Source of the DNA: Thraustochytrium aureum
Lineage: Eukaryota
NCBI GenBank assembly: GCA_012862495.1
Contig: BLSG01000314.1
Span: 220,609 to 284,608 of the forward strand
Length of the DNA stretch: 64,000 nt
Direction of reading: 5' to 3'
Shown one piece after another: positions 11,803 to 24,430 of the stretch. Position numbers and translations under genes: made by a program. How positions within the stretch are numbered: the stretch's first letter is position 1; each line of letters starts with the position of its first letter. The notes under the pieces are model-generated. The model was not told the origin of the DNA and did not search any database. It was given only the letters and a program-made list of their open reading frames with translations.

Positions 11803-13123
11803 CGTTTTTGCGACAGCGCGCCGAAGCGCCGAGAAGCGGACTCGTCGCGGGTCTCAGTCTTCGCCGCCACTGCGACGACCGCGAACCCAGCGCGCGCTCC
11901 TCGCAGCGCTTCTTCGCGCGCCGCAACGCCGGCGGGCCGAGAGTCGACCAATGTTCGAGCGCGTCAAGCCCCGTGGCCTCGGTGCTCTCGACCACAACGT
12001 CCGGCTCGCTTGGGAAGCTGGGCAAGCGGCCCGGTGCGCTCGCTCGATCGGCGCGCCCGCCGTTGCTCCGTTGCCTGTCGCAGCAAGCTTGCTTGCCAGG
12101 ATGCGTGTGCGTGTGGCCTGCGAGCTCGGATTGCGCGCTGGCCTTGCCAAGCGACAGACAGGTCCGTTGCCAACATCATCGGCAAACGGACCTTTTTCCT
12201 CGACCGTCGCGGCAGGTCTTCTCGGCCCCCTTCCGAGCGGAGCTCCCCGCAAGCTTCGGGCCTCCACCGACCCAGCTAAGGATCGAGGGCGCGAGAGCAA
12301 GCCGCTCCCGCGGCGTGCCAGCTGAGGCGTAGTGCGCCTGGTGCGTCTCGAGCTCGAGAGCGCAAGCAGCTCTATCGAGAGAGAGAGCTAGAGTCTGGAG
12401 AGGAGCTCGCACAGCTGCAAGAAGGAAGGAAGCGCGTGGCTCGAGATCGTGCGCCACAGCCAGCAAGCAAGCCAGGCAGCCAGGCAGCCAGGCAGCCAGG
12501 CAGGCCTGCAGCTGCGCCGACGCTGCAGTCCGAGCCATCGCGACACCACATCGTCGACGCGTGACCTTCGCTACCCCCTCCGCAAAACCTCGGCAAAATG
12601 GTAAAGAATAATATAATTGAAAATTTAAATTCACGTAGTTGATGTTTATCCGAAAGATTGGGTTTAATTTGCCGATCGCTCTCAACGGATGCCTTGCGCT
12701 TTTTGCATTTTTTGCTTTTCTGCTGTGGTTTTGCGTTGGTTTTGGCCGTGTCGGGGTTGTTGCTGACGATGATCGAGCAGATCACGAGCAGCAAGCAGCT
12801 GCGCGGGCATTGTCCGAGGCAGCTCGGCTGCTGCGTGCGCTGGACAGGAGCGATTCATTTGAAGGAGCAGGATCTGCAGCGCGAGCTTGTGCGCAGGCGG
12901 CAAGGCGGGCAGGCCGGTTGACGTCGGCGTTTTTTTTGTTGTTGCCGACCAAGACCTCTAGAGCTCCGACGACGCCTGGCTCTGCGGCTGCGACAGGACG
13001 CAAGCTGGCAATCGGCGTGGGGCGCCTGGCGAGCCCCACGCCGTCACGTAGCCAAAGGCTGCAAGCGCGGCCATGGGCTGGGGCAGGCGAGCGTCGGCGG
13101 GAAATGATGGGTTGGACACGAGG

Positions 13124-16100
13124 ATGAGCGCGGCAGTGAATGCCAGGTCGTCCACTGGAGGCGGGCCGCGCAGTGAGCTGAACCAGGGCGCGAGCAGAGA
13201 TGCCTTGTACGCAAGCGAAGAGACCCTAGCCCTCGCTGACCGAATCAACCTTGCGGTACAGTATATTCGCGACGGTGTCTACGGGGTGCTCTACCTGGTT
13301 TCAAAAGACGCAACAAGCTCCAATTTCATCGTTTTCACTACGACCGTGGTCAACGTGATGCAGCTTTCGCAGAAGATCTTCTCCAAGGAAGGACGCTTTG
13401 AGTGGCACTGGTCCTTGCAGCTCTACCTGCAGCCCGTTCTCGACATCGTCTCGATGGCCTTTGTGGAGGACCTCACCGACATGGTGATGCTTGCCGTATT
13501 CGTGTTTTGCTTTTCCCTGCTCCTGGTGTCCAGCGGGCTCTCTCTCATGGTCCAAACCGAGTTTGCCTCCGGGGGGGTGAAGAATCTTTGGGCATTGCCT
13601 ATCCTGCGCTTCCTTTTGAGGGTCCTGACCACGGTGTTTTATGTGCCAGTCATCTCCGTGCTGCTCTTCTCGCTCCGGTGTGGGAGCATCCTTGACGAAT
13701 TTGTTGGCTGCGAAACGTGGACACGGGCGCTGTTCTCGGTTGTCGTCATGACTCTCCTAATTTGGTTTATCGTTTTCTCTGGCCTTTTGGTCTTGGTGTT
13801 CGGCCAGCGCGACCCGAGCCTAAACGACCCAGAAGCTGGCCCGCATAAGCGCATCGAGTTTATCAACAGTTTGGTGCGCGCGTTCCTCGAGTTTTGTTTT
13901 TCAGCTCTTGCAGCGAATCGGGGCGACGAGGTGAACGAAAACGCGACTATCCTGATTCTGATTACCTTGTCGACGGGGCTGTGGCTCACCTTTAGCTACG
14001 TTTACTTTCTGCCGTACTACTCCCTGTGGACCAACAAGCTCATGACCGGCGCAAACGCGCTGTTTCTTTGGAACGGGGTTTGCCTCGTGTTTGCTCATGT
14101 CGTGTCGGACGTGAACGACTTTTCCTCCCTTCTTCTGTTTCTCATCGGGGGTCCGATGTTTGTGTATAGCTCGCTGAAGCTGGTCGACATGCGCGTCGGC
14201 TGGTTCTTGCGGCACCCGGACGACGCCCCGCTCTCGGCCTACCTGATGGAGGTAAAGCTGCGGCTCAAGCACCCCTTCGTACCGGCAGAGCGGTCAGGCA
14301 AGGTTGTCAGCGCTTCCGTGGACGAGGAGCGTGCTAGGAAGCTTGAGCGCATGATGCTGGTGTACCAAGAGACCGCTGGCCGACTGCGTAACAGCGGGTT
14401 CTTCAACCTGCACATCTCGCTGTTGTTGGAGCGGATCTGGAAGCACAGCGTGCTCAGCAAAAAGCACCTGACGCAGGCCGCTACGCTGACGCTCAGCTTT
14501 GATCACCAGTTTATTGTGTACCAAAAGACGCTGCAGAACAAGGAGCAAGAGACAGGCGCGAAGGGGGCGATCTCGTACTTGGCCTTCGACCATCACGTCA
14601 AGCAGGCGCAGTCTGCCATGATCGAAAGCGTTTCGTTGATCGTGGACTTCTGGTACATGCTCAACAACACGTTTGCAATGAGCGACTTGCACAAGCTGAG
14701 CACAAGCGTTCACAGGAGCTCCACGCGGTGCAAGTACCACTTGCGCAGTCTTTTGGGCCTGAACCCAAACTCTCGCACTGTTCTCAGTCTGTACGCGCTC
14801 TACCACGAGTACGTCCTCAACGACAACGAGACCACCTCCAAGATCCTCAGTTGCTTTGGGATCGAGCAGGACTCGCTCGTGGAGCAGATTGTCCGGAGCG
14901 ACTTCAACGACGACGTCGAACTCACGGTGAACGGCGAGCTCGACGCGGACTTTGGGCAGATCAAGTGGACATCGGCACAGCTCATCAAGATGCTAGGCTA
15001 CGAAGGCGCCAAGCTGAGGGGACGACCTCTTCGAACCCTAATGCCGGCGGTCATGCGCGAAACGCATGAGAGAGTCGCAAAGGACTTTGCAACGCATATG
15101 CGCGATTTCGAGCCTGCAACAACCACCTTGGCGCTGCGAGATGCGCACGGCATGTACCAGCGCTTTGAGGTCGACTACACGATGGCAGTGTGCGACACTG
15201 GCGAGCTTGAACTCAAGTGCTCGCTGCGAGCAGAGCAAGACCACGCCTTTTTGCTTGTCGAAAGCGACGGGAATGTCGTCGGGGCCTCCTTCCGGATGGC
15301 GGAGATCTGCCACATCGACGTCGAGTCGCTGGAAGCGGGCTATGTGAAGCTCTCTATTGTTCGGTATCTGCCGTGGCTCAACTCGCCGGCAAAGCTTTTT
15401 CGCGCTGCGGACCGCAAAAAGAGGCACAGCGCCGTGCTGGACGAGGAGCTCTTCAACGTTTACGTAGAGCGCGTCTCTCTGCTGCCACTCGCCATTGCCG
15501 CAAGGAGTTGCTCGATCGGGGAGAAGCTTGAGGCAAGCAGCGTGGTCAAGCTGCGCCAGGAGGTCGAGCTCGGGCTGTTTATTATTCGTTTCGTAGAACA
15601 TGACAAGGACGAGGAGGTCGTGTCCCTGGCGAGCGGCAACTACGGGTCTGTGGCCGGCGGATCGATCGCCGGGTCCGTTGCGAGCTCGCTGGTGGAGTCT
15701 CTAGCCGGTTCCGCGATCGGTGGCGACTCGGCAACCAAGGACCTTTGGAAGGTCCTCAAGTCTGAGGCCACCAAGATCAACGTAAGCGGCAAGTTTCGAG
15801 GCCTAGACTCCTCAGGCAAGGGGCTTGGCCACAAACCCTCGTTCAGAATAGTCAACGACGACGTTGTTGTGGAGAATGCCTCGCGTCGAGGGAGCGTCTC
15901 GGCACCGTCGCCGGACGAAAGCGCTCAGGAAGGCAGCCTGCTCAAGCGCATCCGCGCTGCGATTGACGAGCGCATTAGCACAGAGGCTTTCCTCGTCACT
16001 GCCTTTCGGAGGATGAGCAGGCTGTTGACGGCATTCGTGATAGGCCTGGGAATCGTCCTGCACACAAGCGAAAGCAAATTGTTCGCAAGGTACTCGAGTG

Positions 16101-18109
16101 CGGCGATGGTCACGCGGCTGTCGCAGGAGCGGAGCGCGCTCGTGATCGGTATCGCGGACGAGGCGCTCCAAGCCACCATGCTGATCAACGGCGATTTGTT
16201 TCGCGGACTCGCAAACGAGACCCGCGAAGCAGAGGCCCGAATGGCGCTCGACGATCTTGAGGCCACCGCAGCGTCCCTAAAGCAGCTGCACCGTCAACTG
16301 ATGGACACGAGCGCAGCACTTGGATCCCAAGGTCCGAGTGGTACCGCGTCACCGCTGGGGACGTGGGGTGGTCCGCTGGATTACAGTGGGGACGTCATGG
16401 TGGACATGAGCGGCACGCGCGAGATCGCTTTGGGCGACTCGGGGTCTACCGGCAAATCGAATTTGGTTCCATCCAACCTTTGGATTGCCATGCTTGAGCT
16501 GTCGAACCGCGCGTTTGCCTTCGCAAAGGACGAGTTTCCGCAATGTCTTGGGTCTTGCCGCTACGTGTGGTTGAATGCTGCGGAGCACATTTTGCACGGC
16601 GCTGGCTACGAGGCCGAGGCAGCCCTCGCTCGGCAGGACGCCGAGCTTGAAACCATCGTCCGCTTTGTGGCGGCAAGCCTGGTTGCCTGGGGATTGGTTG
16701 GATTGGTTGCGCTCTGGAGGATTCACAGCCCCGCCGCGCGAGGAGTCTTGAACGAGCGCCAAGACACGATCAAGATGTTTTTGTCAGTCCCCGCCTCTAC
16801 GGTGAACGAAATGACGTGCTTGTACACTGCCCGATTGAAAGAGATGGAGCTGCTCAAGCGATCGAGCGACCAAAACGATGGCACGGAAGGCTTCGGCACG
16901 CTTCGAGATGGTGATGAGGACAACCTGGACGACCGCGCTACCTCCACACGCGTGAGCCAAAGGCGACTCAGCGCAGGGCTCCGGCGTTTCTCTCTTCGCT
17001 CGCAGGCCACAGCTGCCAGAAACCTCCGTGTGCGGAACGACAACATCTACAGTAGGCTCAGTCGCACGGTGACATTGTGGGGCTCGATTTGCTTCCCCCT
17101 GCTCTTTGTTTTTGCGTACGTGATCATATTTGGGCTGCTCGGTTTGGAAGACAAAGTCGCGGAAGGGTCCCACACTGCTTTCGTGGCTTCGGATCGCTGG
17201 ATCAACGCCTTGGAGTTGGTGTATTGGCTCAAGTCTATGGCTCTTGTTGCCGCTGGCGCGGCGCCGACGACCGGCTTTGGCGCGTCGTCGATCGCCGAGT
17301 CGATCGCTATCCGCCACGCAGACGCCAGCGCGGTGTGGGAGGAGCTGTCGAACCAGACAAAGGCGCTCAAGTTTGGCGAACCCGCCTCTTCGGTTGGGGC
17401 TCTGCACGCATCCAGTCCGGCGCTGTACAACTTGATCTTTGAGACCGGGTGCAATCTGGACTTTGAGGACGGCGTCACTTGCAAGTCGCTCGATGCAGCT
17501 TCCGGTGACGCCGCTGCTGGAGCCGTGGACTCGCTAGATGCTGCTGCCGACCTGAGCCAGGGCCTCAACATCGCTTTCGACCAATTCTTGGCGCTGTGCA
17601 AGCGGCAGCTCGACTTGGCCGGCCACGTTGGGGACGGAAGCGCAAGCCCGCTCCAGGTAGAGGCCTTGATGAATGCGAGTCTTGCAATGGCCCGGCCGCG
17701 CGAGGCTCAGGTGCGTTTGGACACGGCCTTGCGCGCTTCGACGGACTTCGTAATCCAAGCCGAGCAGGCCTTGCTGGACCAAGTCCTGAGCGACCGAGTC
17801 CTCGGCCTCGTTGCCCTGTTCGGCGCAATGGTCGTCTCGCACTGGGTAGTCACGCGACACGTTGCCAGACTGGACGTCGACACAAAGCGCAACCTGATTC
17901 TCCTGCTAATGGTGCCAGAGAAGGCGTTCCGCGAGCGACCTCGCCTCTTGGAGTTGCTCGGGATTTCGCATGTCTCGGGGACTGCTCTGGAGTGGCCTGC
18001 AGCGACATCATCGCCAGCGCTGGGGGGCGCTTTCTTTAAGCCATCTGCCGTAAATCGCGAGCTGCCTGGCATTGTTAACGGAGGCTCGGTTCGCTTCACG
18101 GATTTGTGA
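13124..18109 (+). CDS. Large multi-pass membrane protein with helical repeat and PAS-like domains (TmcB/TmcC-like)
   Basis: 5-kb ORF with ~8 N-terminal hydrophobic helices (YFLPYY motif), DFW...LNPNS..L..YA.Y...VLND segment, PAS-like MLGY...L.GR.L..LMP......H, and further TM pairs toward the C-terminus. Confidence 0.75.
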   Translation: MSAAVNARSSTGGGPRSELNQGASRDALYASEETLALADRINLAVQYIRDGVYGVLYLVSKDATSSNFIVFTTTVVNVMQLSQKIFSKEGRFEWHWSLQLYLQPVLDIVSMAFVEDLTDMVMLAVFVFCFSLLLVSSGLSLMVQTEFASGGVKNLWALPILRFLLRVLTTVFYVPVISVLLFSLRCGSILDEFVGCETWTRALFSVVVMTLLIWFIVFSGLLVLVFGQRDPSLNDPEAGPHKRIEFINSLVRAFLEFCFSALAANRGDEVNENATILILITLSTGLWLTFSYVYFLPYYSLWTNKLMTGANALFLWNGVCLVFAHVVSDVNDFSSLLLFLIGGPMFVYSSLKLVDMRVGWFLRHPDDAPLSAYLMEVKLRLKHPFVPAERSGKVVSASVDEERARKLERMMLVYQETAGRLRNSGFFNLHISLLLERIWKHSVLSKKHLTQAATLTLSFDHQFIVYQKTLQNKEQETGAKGAISYLAFDHHVKQAQSAMIESVSLIVDFWYMLNNTFAMSDLHKLSTSVHRSSTRCKYHLRSLLGLNPNSRTVLSLYALYHEYVLNDNETTSKILSCFGIEQDSLVEQIVRSDFNDDVELTVNGELDADFGQIKWTSAQLIKMLGYEGAKLRGRPLRTLMPAVMRETHERVAKDFATHMRDFEPATTTLALRDAHGMYQRFEVDYTMAVCDTGELELKCSLRAEQDHAFLLVESDGNVVGASFRMAEICHIDVESLEAGYVKLSIVRYLPWLNSPAKLFRAADRKKRHSAVLDEELFNVYVERVSLLPLAIAARSCSIGEKLEASSVVKLRQEVELGLFIIRFVEHDKDEEVVSLASGNYGSVAGGSIAGSVASSLVESLAGSAIGGDSATKDLWKVLKSEATKINVSGKFRGLDSSGKGLGHKPSFRIVNDDVVVENASRRGSVSAPSPDESAQEGSLLKRIRAAIDERISTEAFLVTAFRRMSRLLTAFVIGLGIVLHTSESKLFARYSSAAMVTRLSQERSALVIGIADEALQATMLINGDLFRGLANETREAEARMALDDLEATAASLKQLHRQLMDTSAALGSQGPSGTASPLGTWGGPLDYSGDVMVDMSGTREIALGDSGSTGKSNLVPSNLWIAMLELSNRAFAFAKDEFPQCLGSCRYVWLNAAEHILHGAGYEAEAALARQDAELETIVRFVAASLVAWGLVGLVALWRIHSPAARGVLNERQDTIKMFLSVPASTVNEMTCLYTARLKEMELLKRSSDQNDGTEGFGTLRDGDEDNLDDRATSTRVSQRRLSAGLRRFSLRSQATAARNLRVRNDNIYSRLSRTVTLWGSICFPLLFVFAYVIIFGLLGLEDKVAEGSHTAFVASDRWINALELVYWLKSMALVAAGAAPTTGFGASSIAESIAIRHADASAVWEELSNQTKALKFGEPASSVGALHASSPALYNLIFETGCNLDFEDGVTCKSLDAASGDAAAGAVDSLDAAADLSQGLNIAFDQFLALCKRQLDLAGHVGDGSASPLQVEALMNASLAMARPREAQVRLDTALRASTDFVIQAEQALLDQVLSDRVLGLVALFGAMVVSHWVVTRHVARLDVDTKRNLILLLMVPEKAFRERPRLLELLGISHVSGTALEWPAATSSPALGGAFFKPSAVNRELPGIVNGGSVRFTDL

Positions 18110-18399
18110 GGCCGACTCGTTGTCCTGGGAGGACGGTTTGTCGAGGTGGGTCCCGCCCGCTTCGGCGTCAAGTGCAAGCAAGAAGAGCTCGAACAAGCGC
18201 AGGTGAGCACTGTAGGTACTCGTACGATTAGAAAGCAATCGTTGCAGACGAAAGTCACATCGCAAAAGTGTTGAGTATGTTGTCTATGTTATACTGTTGA
18301 TTGAGTACTCTACTTACTCTTCGTGAAGGCCGGCCGCGCCCAACTTCAAAGGCCAGACAGCCTCCCCACAAAGGCAGAGCGCGAGACCACGGGGGTAAT

Positions 18400-20606
18400 T
18401 CATCCCTCTGCTGCATAGCGCGGATTGGTGACCACAATGTCGGGAGCCCCAGTGACCGACGCGCCCTGGAACTTTGATGACGCCGAAGCACGGCGGCGGT
18501 GGACGACCAAGGCAGCCCCAAGGGCGACAAAGGCAAAGCCGGCAATGCCACCAGCGATCGGAACCATGTTCGTAGACGACTGCTCGGTCGAGGCAGCTAC
18601 CATGTCGGCTTTCGATACTCCCGGCGACACATCGAGCCCGGGGGCGCTGTTGACTTCGCATTGGTTGTTGGCGTTGCAGACGGCATTCCGTGTGGCCGAG
18701 CTGGCCCCGTTGCAGTACACGGTGCCCGCCTGCGGCGTGCTCTTGTCGCAATCAGGGTCCCGAATCGTCCCGAACCGGGAACAGCCGCAGTCGCAGCCGT
18801 CGTTCGCGTTGAAGTAGTTGCTGGAGCAGGTCCACGAGTCGGCGGCTGGCAGCGAGGGGGCTGCGACAGGGGGCGGCGTCGGCTGCGAAGGCGCTGGCGT
18901 TGTGGCCTCGGGGAGGCCCGAGCAGTCTTGGCGCATGCGGACATACGTGAAGGTCATGGTCGAGCCCGGCGCGCTAAAGTCTTTCAGCAGGTGGCCCGAG
19001 CAGCGCGTTGAGCTGGAGATGAAGCTGTACCCGGCGAGGCTCGGCTCGGTGAGGTCGCTGATCTCGCTCGGTCCGTTGCCAGCGAAGAACCAATCGCCGT
19101 CATCGCCACGGTTACCGTCCGCGATGGGCTGCTCCAGGTCAAACTTGCCGTCGGCCTGAATGACGCGAACCTTGTAGTGGGAGGACGGCCAGCCCGCCTT
19201 GCCGGGGTAGCCTTCGCCCGCGTTGCTGGACTTGTTGGGGTCGACATGCCAGAGCAGGATGCCGCCGGTGAGGAGGCTATCAAAGCCAGTTTTGGCACGG
19301 TTTTCGACGAGCAGGTAGTCGCTGTACGTGGTGCTGCCGTACTTCATGCGGAGAATGCCAACCGTGCCAGTTGGGCCGCTCTGCACCGCGGGAAGCTCGA
19401 AGACACCGTCCGAGTTGATCTCGATGGGGTCCACCACGCCGAGCTGATACTTGGACCAGGGGGAAAGGCTGGGCGGGTACTGCTGCGAGCCATCAACGCC
19501 CCAGCTGTTGGCCATGAGGCCATAGTTGGCGATGCCGCGCGACGAGTAGTCTGTATCGTAGAGGTCTGGGAGGCCGAGAAAGTGGCAAGACTCGTGTGCG
19601 ACAACGCCAATGCGCGACGGCTCAAAGCCCTCGGTGCCCCAGCGGCCAGGGTTGACGTTGTAGGTGGAGATCCTTACGTTGCCGCTCTTGGAGCGGTAGG
19701 TCGAGCTCATCGACCACTTGTGCGACCAGATCCAGTTGATGCCCTCCTCCTTACCGCCGAGCGTTTCTGCTCCGTGGCCAGAGTGGATCACCGTGAAGAG
19801 GTCGATGGAGCCATCACCATCGCCGTCAAAGTCGCCGATGTTGACGGTCGAGCCATCAGCTGCCGCGAGAGCCTCGAGGATGGCAGTCCGCAGCTTTGGT
19901 GCGCCGGTGGAGCAGGTTCCGCCGCACGAGGTTCCGTCGGACTTTGGCGTTCCCGCCGCCTGCGCGTGCGTGTAGCGCGAGTCGACCCAGCCGACGACAG
20001 TGGTCTCGATCTGGATACGCCCGTAAAAGTTGCTGTTAAAGACGTCTGTGACGGAGCCAGTGGGCGCAACCTCGGGGTCGCCGCCGATCTTGCTCATGAT
20101 TTTTTCGTACGTGCTCTTGGCGGGCAATGGAAGGTCTTTGTGGTCTGCCCAACGAATCATGAGGACGAGGTTGCGCAACTTGGTGACGCCCTGAAGGCTC
20201 CGTCCCGAGCTGCGAGCCGCGGCCACTTTGGCGACAAACGACTCGTCTTCGCCTGCGCTCTGCTCGGCCTCGGAGACATGCGGCACGGGCTGCAGGTACT
20301 TGGGGACCCGGTGACGGGCCTACGCGCTGACGTTGTGAGGACTTCGCTCGAGCATTCGAGGCCCGCCACGGTGCCTTGGCCGCTTGCAAACGAGTAGACC
20401 TCCTTGCCGTCAACGAAGCTGCGGCACAGGGTCCACCCGTCCTCGGTCGAGTACCAGTGCTGGAAAGCGTTGCCGTACATCTTGATGCAGGCTTGCTCGC
20501 CGTTGCCGATGTCGGCCATGTGGCACGCGTTCGGGTCGGCGTTCATCGCGTCGGCCAGGTTGGCGCCTAGCGCCAAGACCGGCGCGACGAGCATGAACGA
20601 CTTCAT
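18400..20606 (-). CDS. Secreted, membrane-anchored M6-family (immune inhibitor A-like) zinc metalloprotease; frameshift near 20310
   Basis: Signal peptide/prodomain in ORF 20157..20606 joins ORF 18400..20286 via GVPKYLQPVPH; NLVLMIRWADH, DFDGDGDGSID, IHSGHGAE, IWSHKW, HESCHFLGLPDLYD, YLLVENR, QADGKFDLE, NRGDDGD; P/T linker, GCDCGC..DPDC module, TM helix and tail. Confidence 0.9.
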
Positions 20607-22117
20607 TGTTGTTGTCGGGTGGGGTTGGTGGCGAGTTTGGTCAGTGACTGCTTTGCTCGGTTGCGTGAGCGTTGGGGGTCTGGTCGGCGAGGAGGCTTTC
20701 TTTGGGCTTGCTTTTGCGCGCTAGCCTGAGCTAGAGTGCCAAGCACGAGCGTCTGCGAGCAGGAGCAGTTCCAAGGCGCAGTACTCTACCTACGAGCGAG
20801 CGACCAGGCTTGCCGCAACCGAGCTCCGTAACCTCCGACTCGATTTGTGGTCGATGGTCGTGATCAATCTTGTGCAGCAGGCATGGCTCTTGCCGCCGCA
20901 AAGCAAACTGAAGTCGAGTCTACGAGCAGTACCAGAGTAAACTGAGGTATGATAGTGAGCACCCACTCTACAGCAGGGTTGCCAAGGGGGGCTTCCTTGG
21001 CAAATCTCCCACCAACCTACGCCCCATCCCGTCTGCCTCCACTGCAGATCGCCACAGATCGCCAATCAAGCCCCCCAACCGCACGATGGATGAACGAGGA
21101 GATGACAGATCCGAGCGAGATCCGAGCAGACGAGGTGGATTTGTGCCCCGCTCGCTGCTCGCATCGTGGCGATCCTCCCCGCTCGCAGCGCGTGCGGGCA
21201 GGTCAACTTGGTACTGTACTCGTAGGTAGGTACTCTACTTGCCAAGTCGGATCCTCCTTGGTGTGACCTGCTCGGTGTGACCAGGGACCTCCGAGTCCTT
21301 GCAAACAATCCTCCCGGCGGGTCGCTTTCCTCCTCTCCAAGACGACGGACTTCAATCTCCCCTGTCGGACTGCGGAAGCTTCGGCTCGTGGAAGGGACGC
21401 ATGGCCTGGCGCGAGCAGCCCCCGCCGTGCGACAAGCTCCAGCCGACCTCGCCGACAACGTCGTCGCGGATTTTGTGCCGCGACCTGCCAGGCGATAGGT
21501 ACCGGTCGGTACAAATCCCTTTAGCTGTAGAAAAAACTCGACTCTCCGCACGAGTTTGGTGAGCCCCGCAGGCAGGTACTCCTACTGGCACAAAAAACCA
21601 AACCCGCCAGCCGGCGATGCTGTCAATGTGATGTCAACCTGCTGGGCAGGCAGGCAGCCTGGTGCAGGCGCTCGCTCGCCCGCTCGTTCTTGATCAATCA
21701 ATCACGGAGGATCATCATCCGCGTCCATGATCATCAACATCGANNNNNNNNNNNNNNNNNNNNNNNNNNNNNNNNNNNNNNNNNNNNNNNNNNNNNNNNN
21801 NNNNNNNNNNNNNNNNNNNNNNNNNNNNNNNNNNNNNNNNNNNNNNNNNNNNNNNNNNNNNNNNNNNNNNNNNNNNNNNNNNNNNNNNNNNNNNNNNNNN
21901 NNNNNNNNNNNNNNNNNNNNNNNNNNNNNNNNNNNNNNNNNNNNNNNNNNNNNNNNNNNNNNNNNNNNNNNNNNNNNNNNNNNNNNNNNNNNNNNNNNNN
22001 NNNNNNNNNNNNNNNNNNNNNNNNNNNNNNNNNNNNNNNNNNNNNNNNNNNNNNNNNNNNNNNNNNNNNNNNNNNNNNNNNNNNNNNNNNNNNNNNNNNN
22101 NNNNNNNNNNNNNNNNA

Positions 22118-23978
22118 GCACAAAGCAAGTCGGCGCGAGCCGAGACAAAGTTGGCGGCGAGCTTGCATGGGCCGGCAGTTGCATCCGCGCGAGACGGCCA
22201 GGCAGCTGGGAAACGCGCCCTACTGCAGGGCTTGCCGACGAAAAACAGCGAGGCGCTGCACGAGGATCTCATAGGCCGCACCAGGCGGTTCGTGTCGCAG
22301 CGGCACCTTGCCGAGTCGAGCCTCAGCAGCTCAACAGTGCACCAATTGGCGGGTAGGCCGCACGCCTTTGAACAGCTCTCGTTCAAGGCGGGCCGGGAGC
22401 AGCCACGGCTAGACTCTGACAGCGGCCCTGCCCGAGCTCATGCTGGTGGCGCGACCGCGGCTGCGACGGGCCGCCTGAAAAACAAGCCCCTGACTGGATC
22501 GTTCAAGTATGGAGCAGCGCGCGCCCAAGGGCCGTCGGCGCCGCACGCGCGCCTTGGCGCCGGCAAGGGCGTGTCGCCTCGCGTTGCCGCTGCACGAAAC
22601 ATGGCTTTTGCAGGGCTGGCGGCCAGTCAGGAAGACAGCGAGCAAAAGGTCGGCGAGGCGGATGGGCCGCAGGTAGACTCCGCGCTTCGAGCTGCCGGAG
22701 AGGACGAATTGAGCCTGAAGGCCCAATTCGATGAGCTGAGCATCGCAACCCAGGAGAAGCCGGCTCATCAGCGACAGCGGGTGCTTTCAGGCCAGGAGAC
22801 GGTGAGCACTTGTCCAGAGCTCTTGTCCGACTTTGAGCGCGAGGAGATCAAGCCTTACAAGGAGGTATATTTCATTGGCACGCAGGCCAGCAAGCTGTGC
22901 CGGATGGGCAAGCGCATGTTCACTGACTCAAAGGGCGACTACCTGTTCTCAAAGGGCGAGCACCTCGCCTACCGCTACGAGGTGGAGGCCGTGCTCGGCA
23001 AGGGGTCGTTCGGCCAGGTCCTGCGCGTGCGAGACCACAAGACGCGCGAGGCCGCGGCGGTCAAGGTGATCCGCAGCAAGCCCAAGTTTAAGCAGCAAGC
23101 GCTTGTAGAGGTCAAGGTGCTGGAAAAGCTGCGGCGCGCAGACCCAAACGGCGAGCATTTTGTCGTGCGCCTGAGCGACAGCTTTGAGTTTCGCGAGCAC
23201 GTCTGCATTTCGTTCCCGCTGCTCTCGCTCAACCTGTACGAGGCCATTCGCTCGAACCACTTTAAGGGGTTCCCGGCACCAGCAATCAGCCGTATTGCGT
23301 TCCAGCTCTTCAAGGCTCTGAGCCTTTTGCGGACCTTGGGCATCATCCACGCTGACGTCAAGCCGGAAAAACGTCCTCCTGACAGAGCAGCCGGTCACGC
23401 ACCAGCACAGCGCCGATGCGGCGGGCAAGGAGGACGGCGCCGAGGGTTCGGGCAGCTTTCGGCTGCTCTGTGGCAAGACGGTGCGAGCTGAGGTGCGCCT
23501 GATAGACTTTGGCTCGTCGTGCCTTGTGGGAGAGCAGACCTTTACGTACATCCAGTCCAGGTTTTACCGCGCCCCAGAAGTCATTTTGGGCCTGGCTTAT
23601 GGGCCCGAAATCGACGTGTGGAGCGTTGGCTGCGTAATGGCCGAGCTTGCCTCCGGTTTCCCGATATTCCCTGGGGAGAACGAGAGCGACCAGCTCGCGT
23701 ATATCATGCAGGTTGGCGGGGTGCCTCCTTCCGACATGCTTGAAATGGGCAAGCGTACGCTCAACTTCTTTTCGCCAGGGCAAGACGGTGCGCTGAAACC
23801 TCGAGCCTGCAAGAACTCAAAATCGATCCAGCGCTCGCCAGGCTCGCGTCCGCTTGCGGCGCTGTTGAGGGGCATGGACGAGAGCTTTGTTGATCTCGTT
23901 CAGCGCTGCTTAACGGTCGACCCGGCGTCGCGGATCTCGCCGCTGGAGGCGCTGGCGCACGCCTTTGTTCGCCAGTGA
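22118..23978 (+). CDS. DYRK-family (class 2) dual-specificity kinase; 5' end in gap; +1 frameshift in the A-run at 23367-23371
   Basis: HLAYRYEV..VLGKGSFGQV, AVKVIR, HADVKPE(N)VLL after removing one A, IDFGSSC, FTYIQSRFYRAPEVILG, IFPGENESDQL. Confidence 0.92.
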
Positions 23979-24430
23979 TGGCGCCCTCGCGTGGCCAAAC
24001 AACCACATTTATCTAGCTAGTAGCTGCCGCTGCGCACGCGCACCCCGCGCCCTCGTCCTGCGCCGTAGCTGTCGTTGCAACGCCCTTCCGAAGGTGATAC
24101 ACACAAGGGGAGTTTGCACAAGTAGAAACATTATAAACTCCTCGCGGCTTTGATTGCATACCTCTAGCTCTAGCTAGAGGCACCACAAGGCCCTTCTTGG
24201 TCCGGCTCATACGGCACTGGTCCGCGGGCCACTTTGCGTCTTTTCCGTAGTTGACCCAGCAACACCATGGATCACGTTGAATAGGCGACGATTTTATTGT
24301 AATAGCGCCTTCTGCGGTCAAGCCAGGCAGCCAGGATACCAGTGTCGGGCGTGCCGACGAAGGCCTTTCCCAACCTATGCAGGCAGGAGCTATTCTATTT
24401 CTTCCAAGCGCATACTTTCTCGAGCACGAC

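Noticed and set aside
23358..23500. DYRK pseudogene or programmed frameshift
   Set aside because: One extra A in an A5 run with otherwise intact motifs, matching the window-wide homopolymer error pattern
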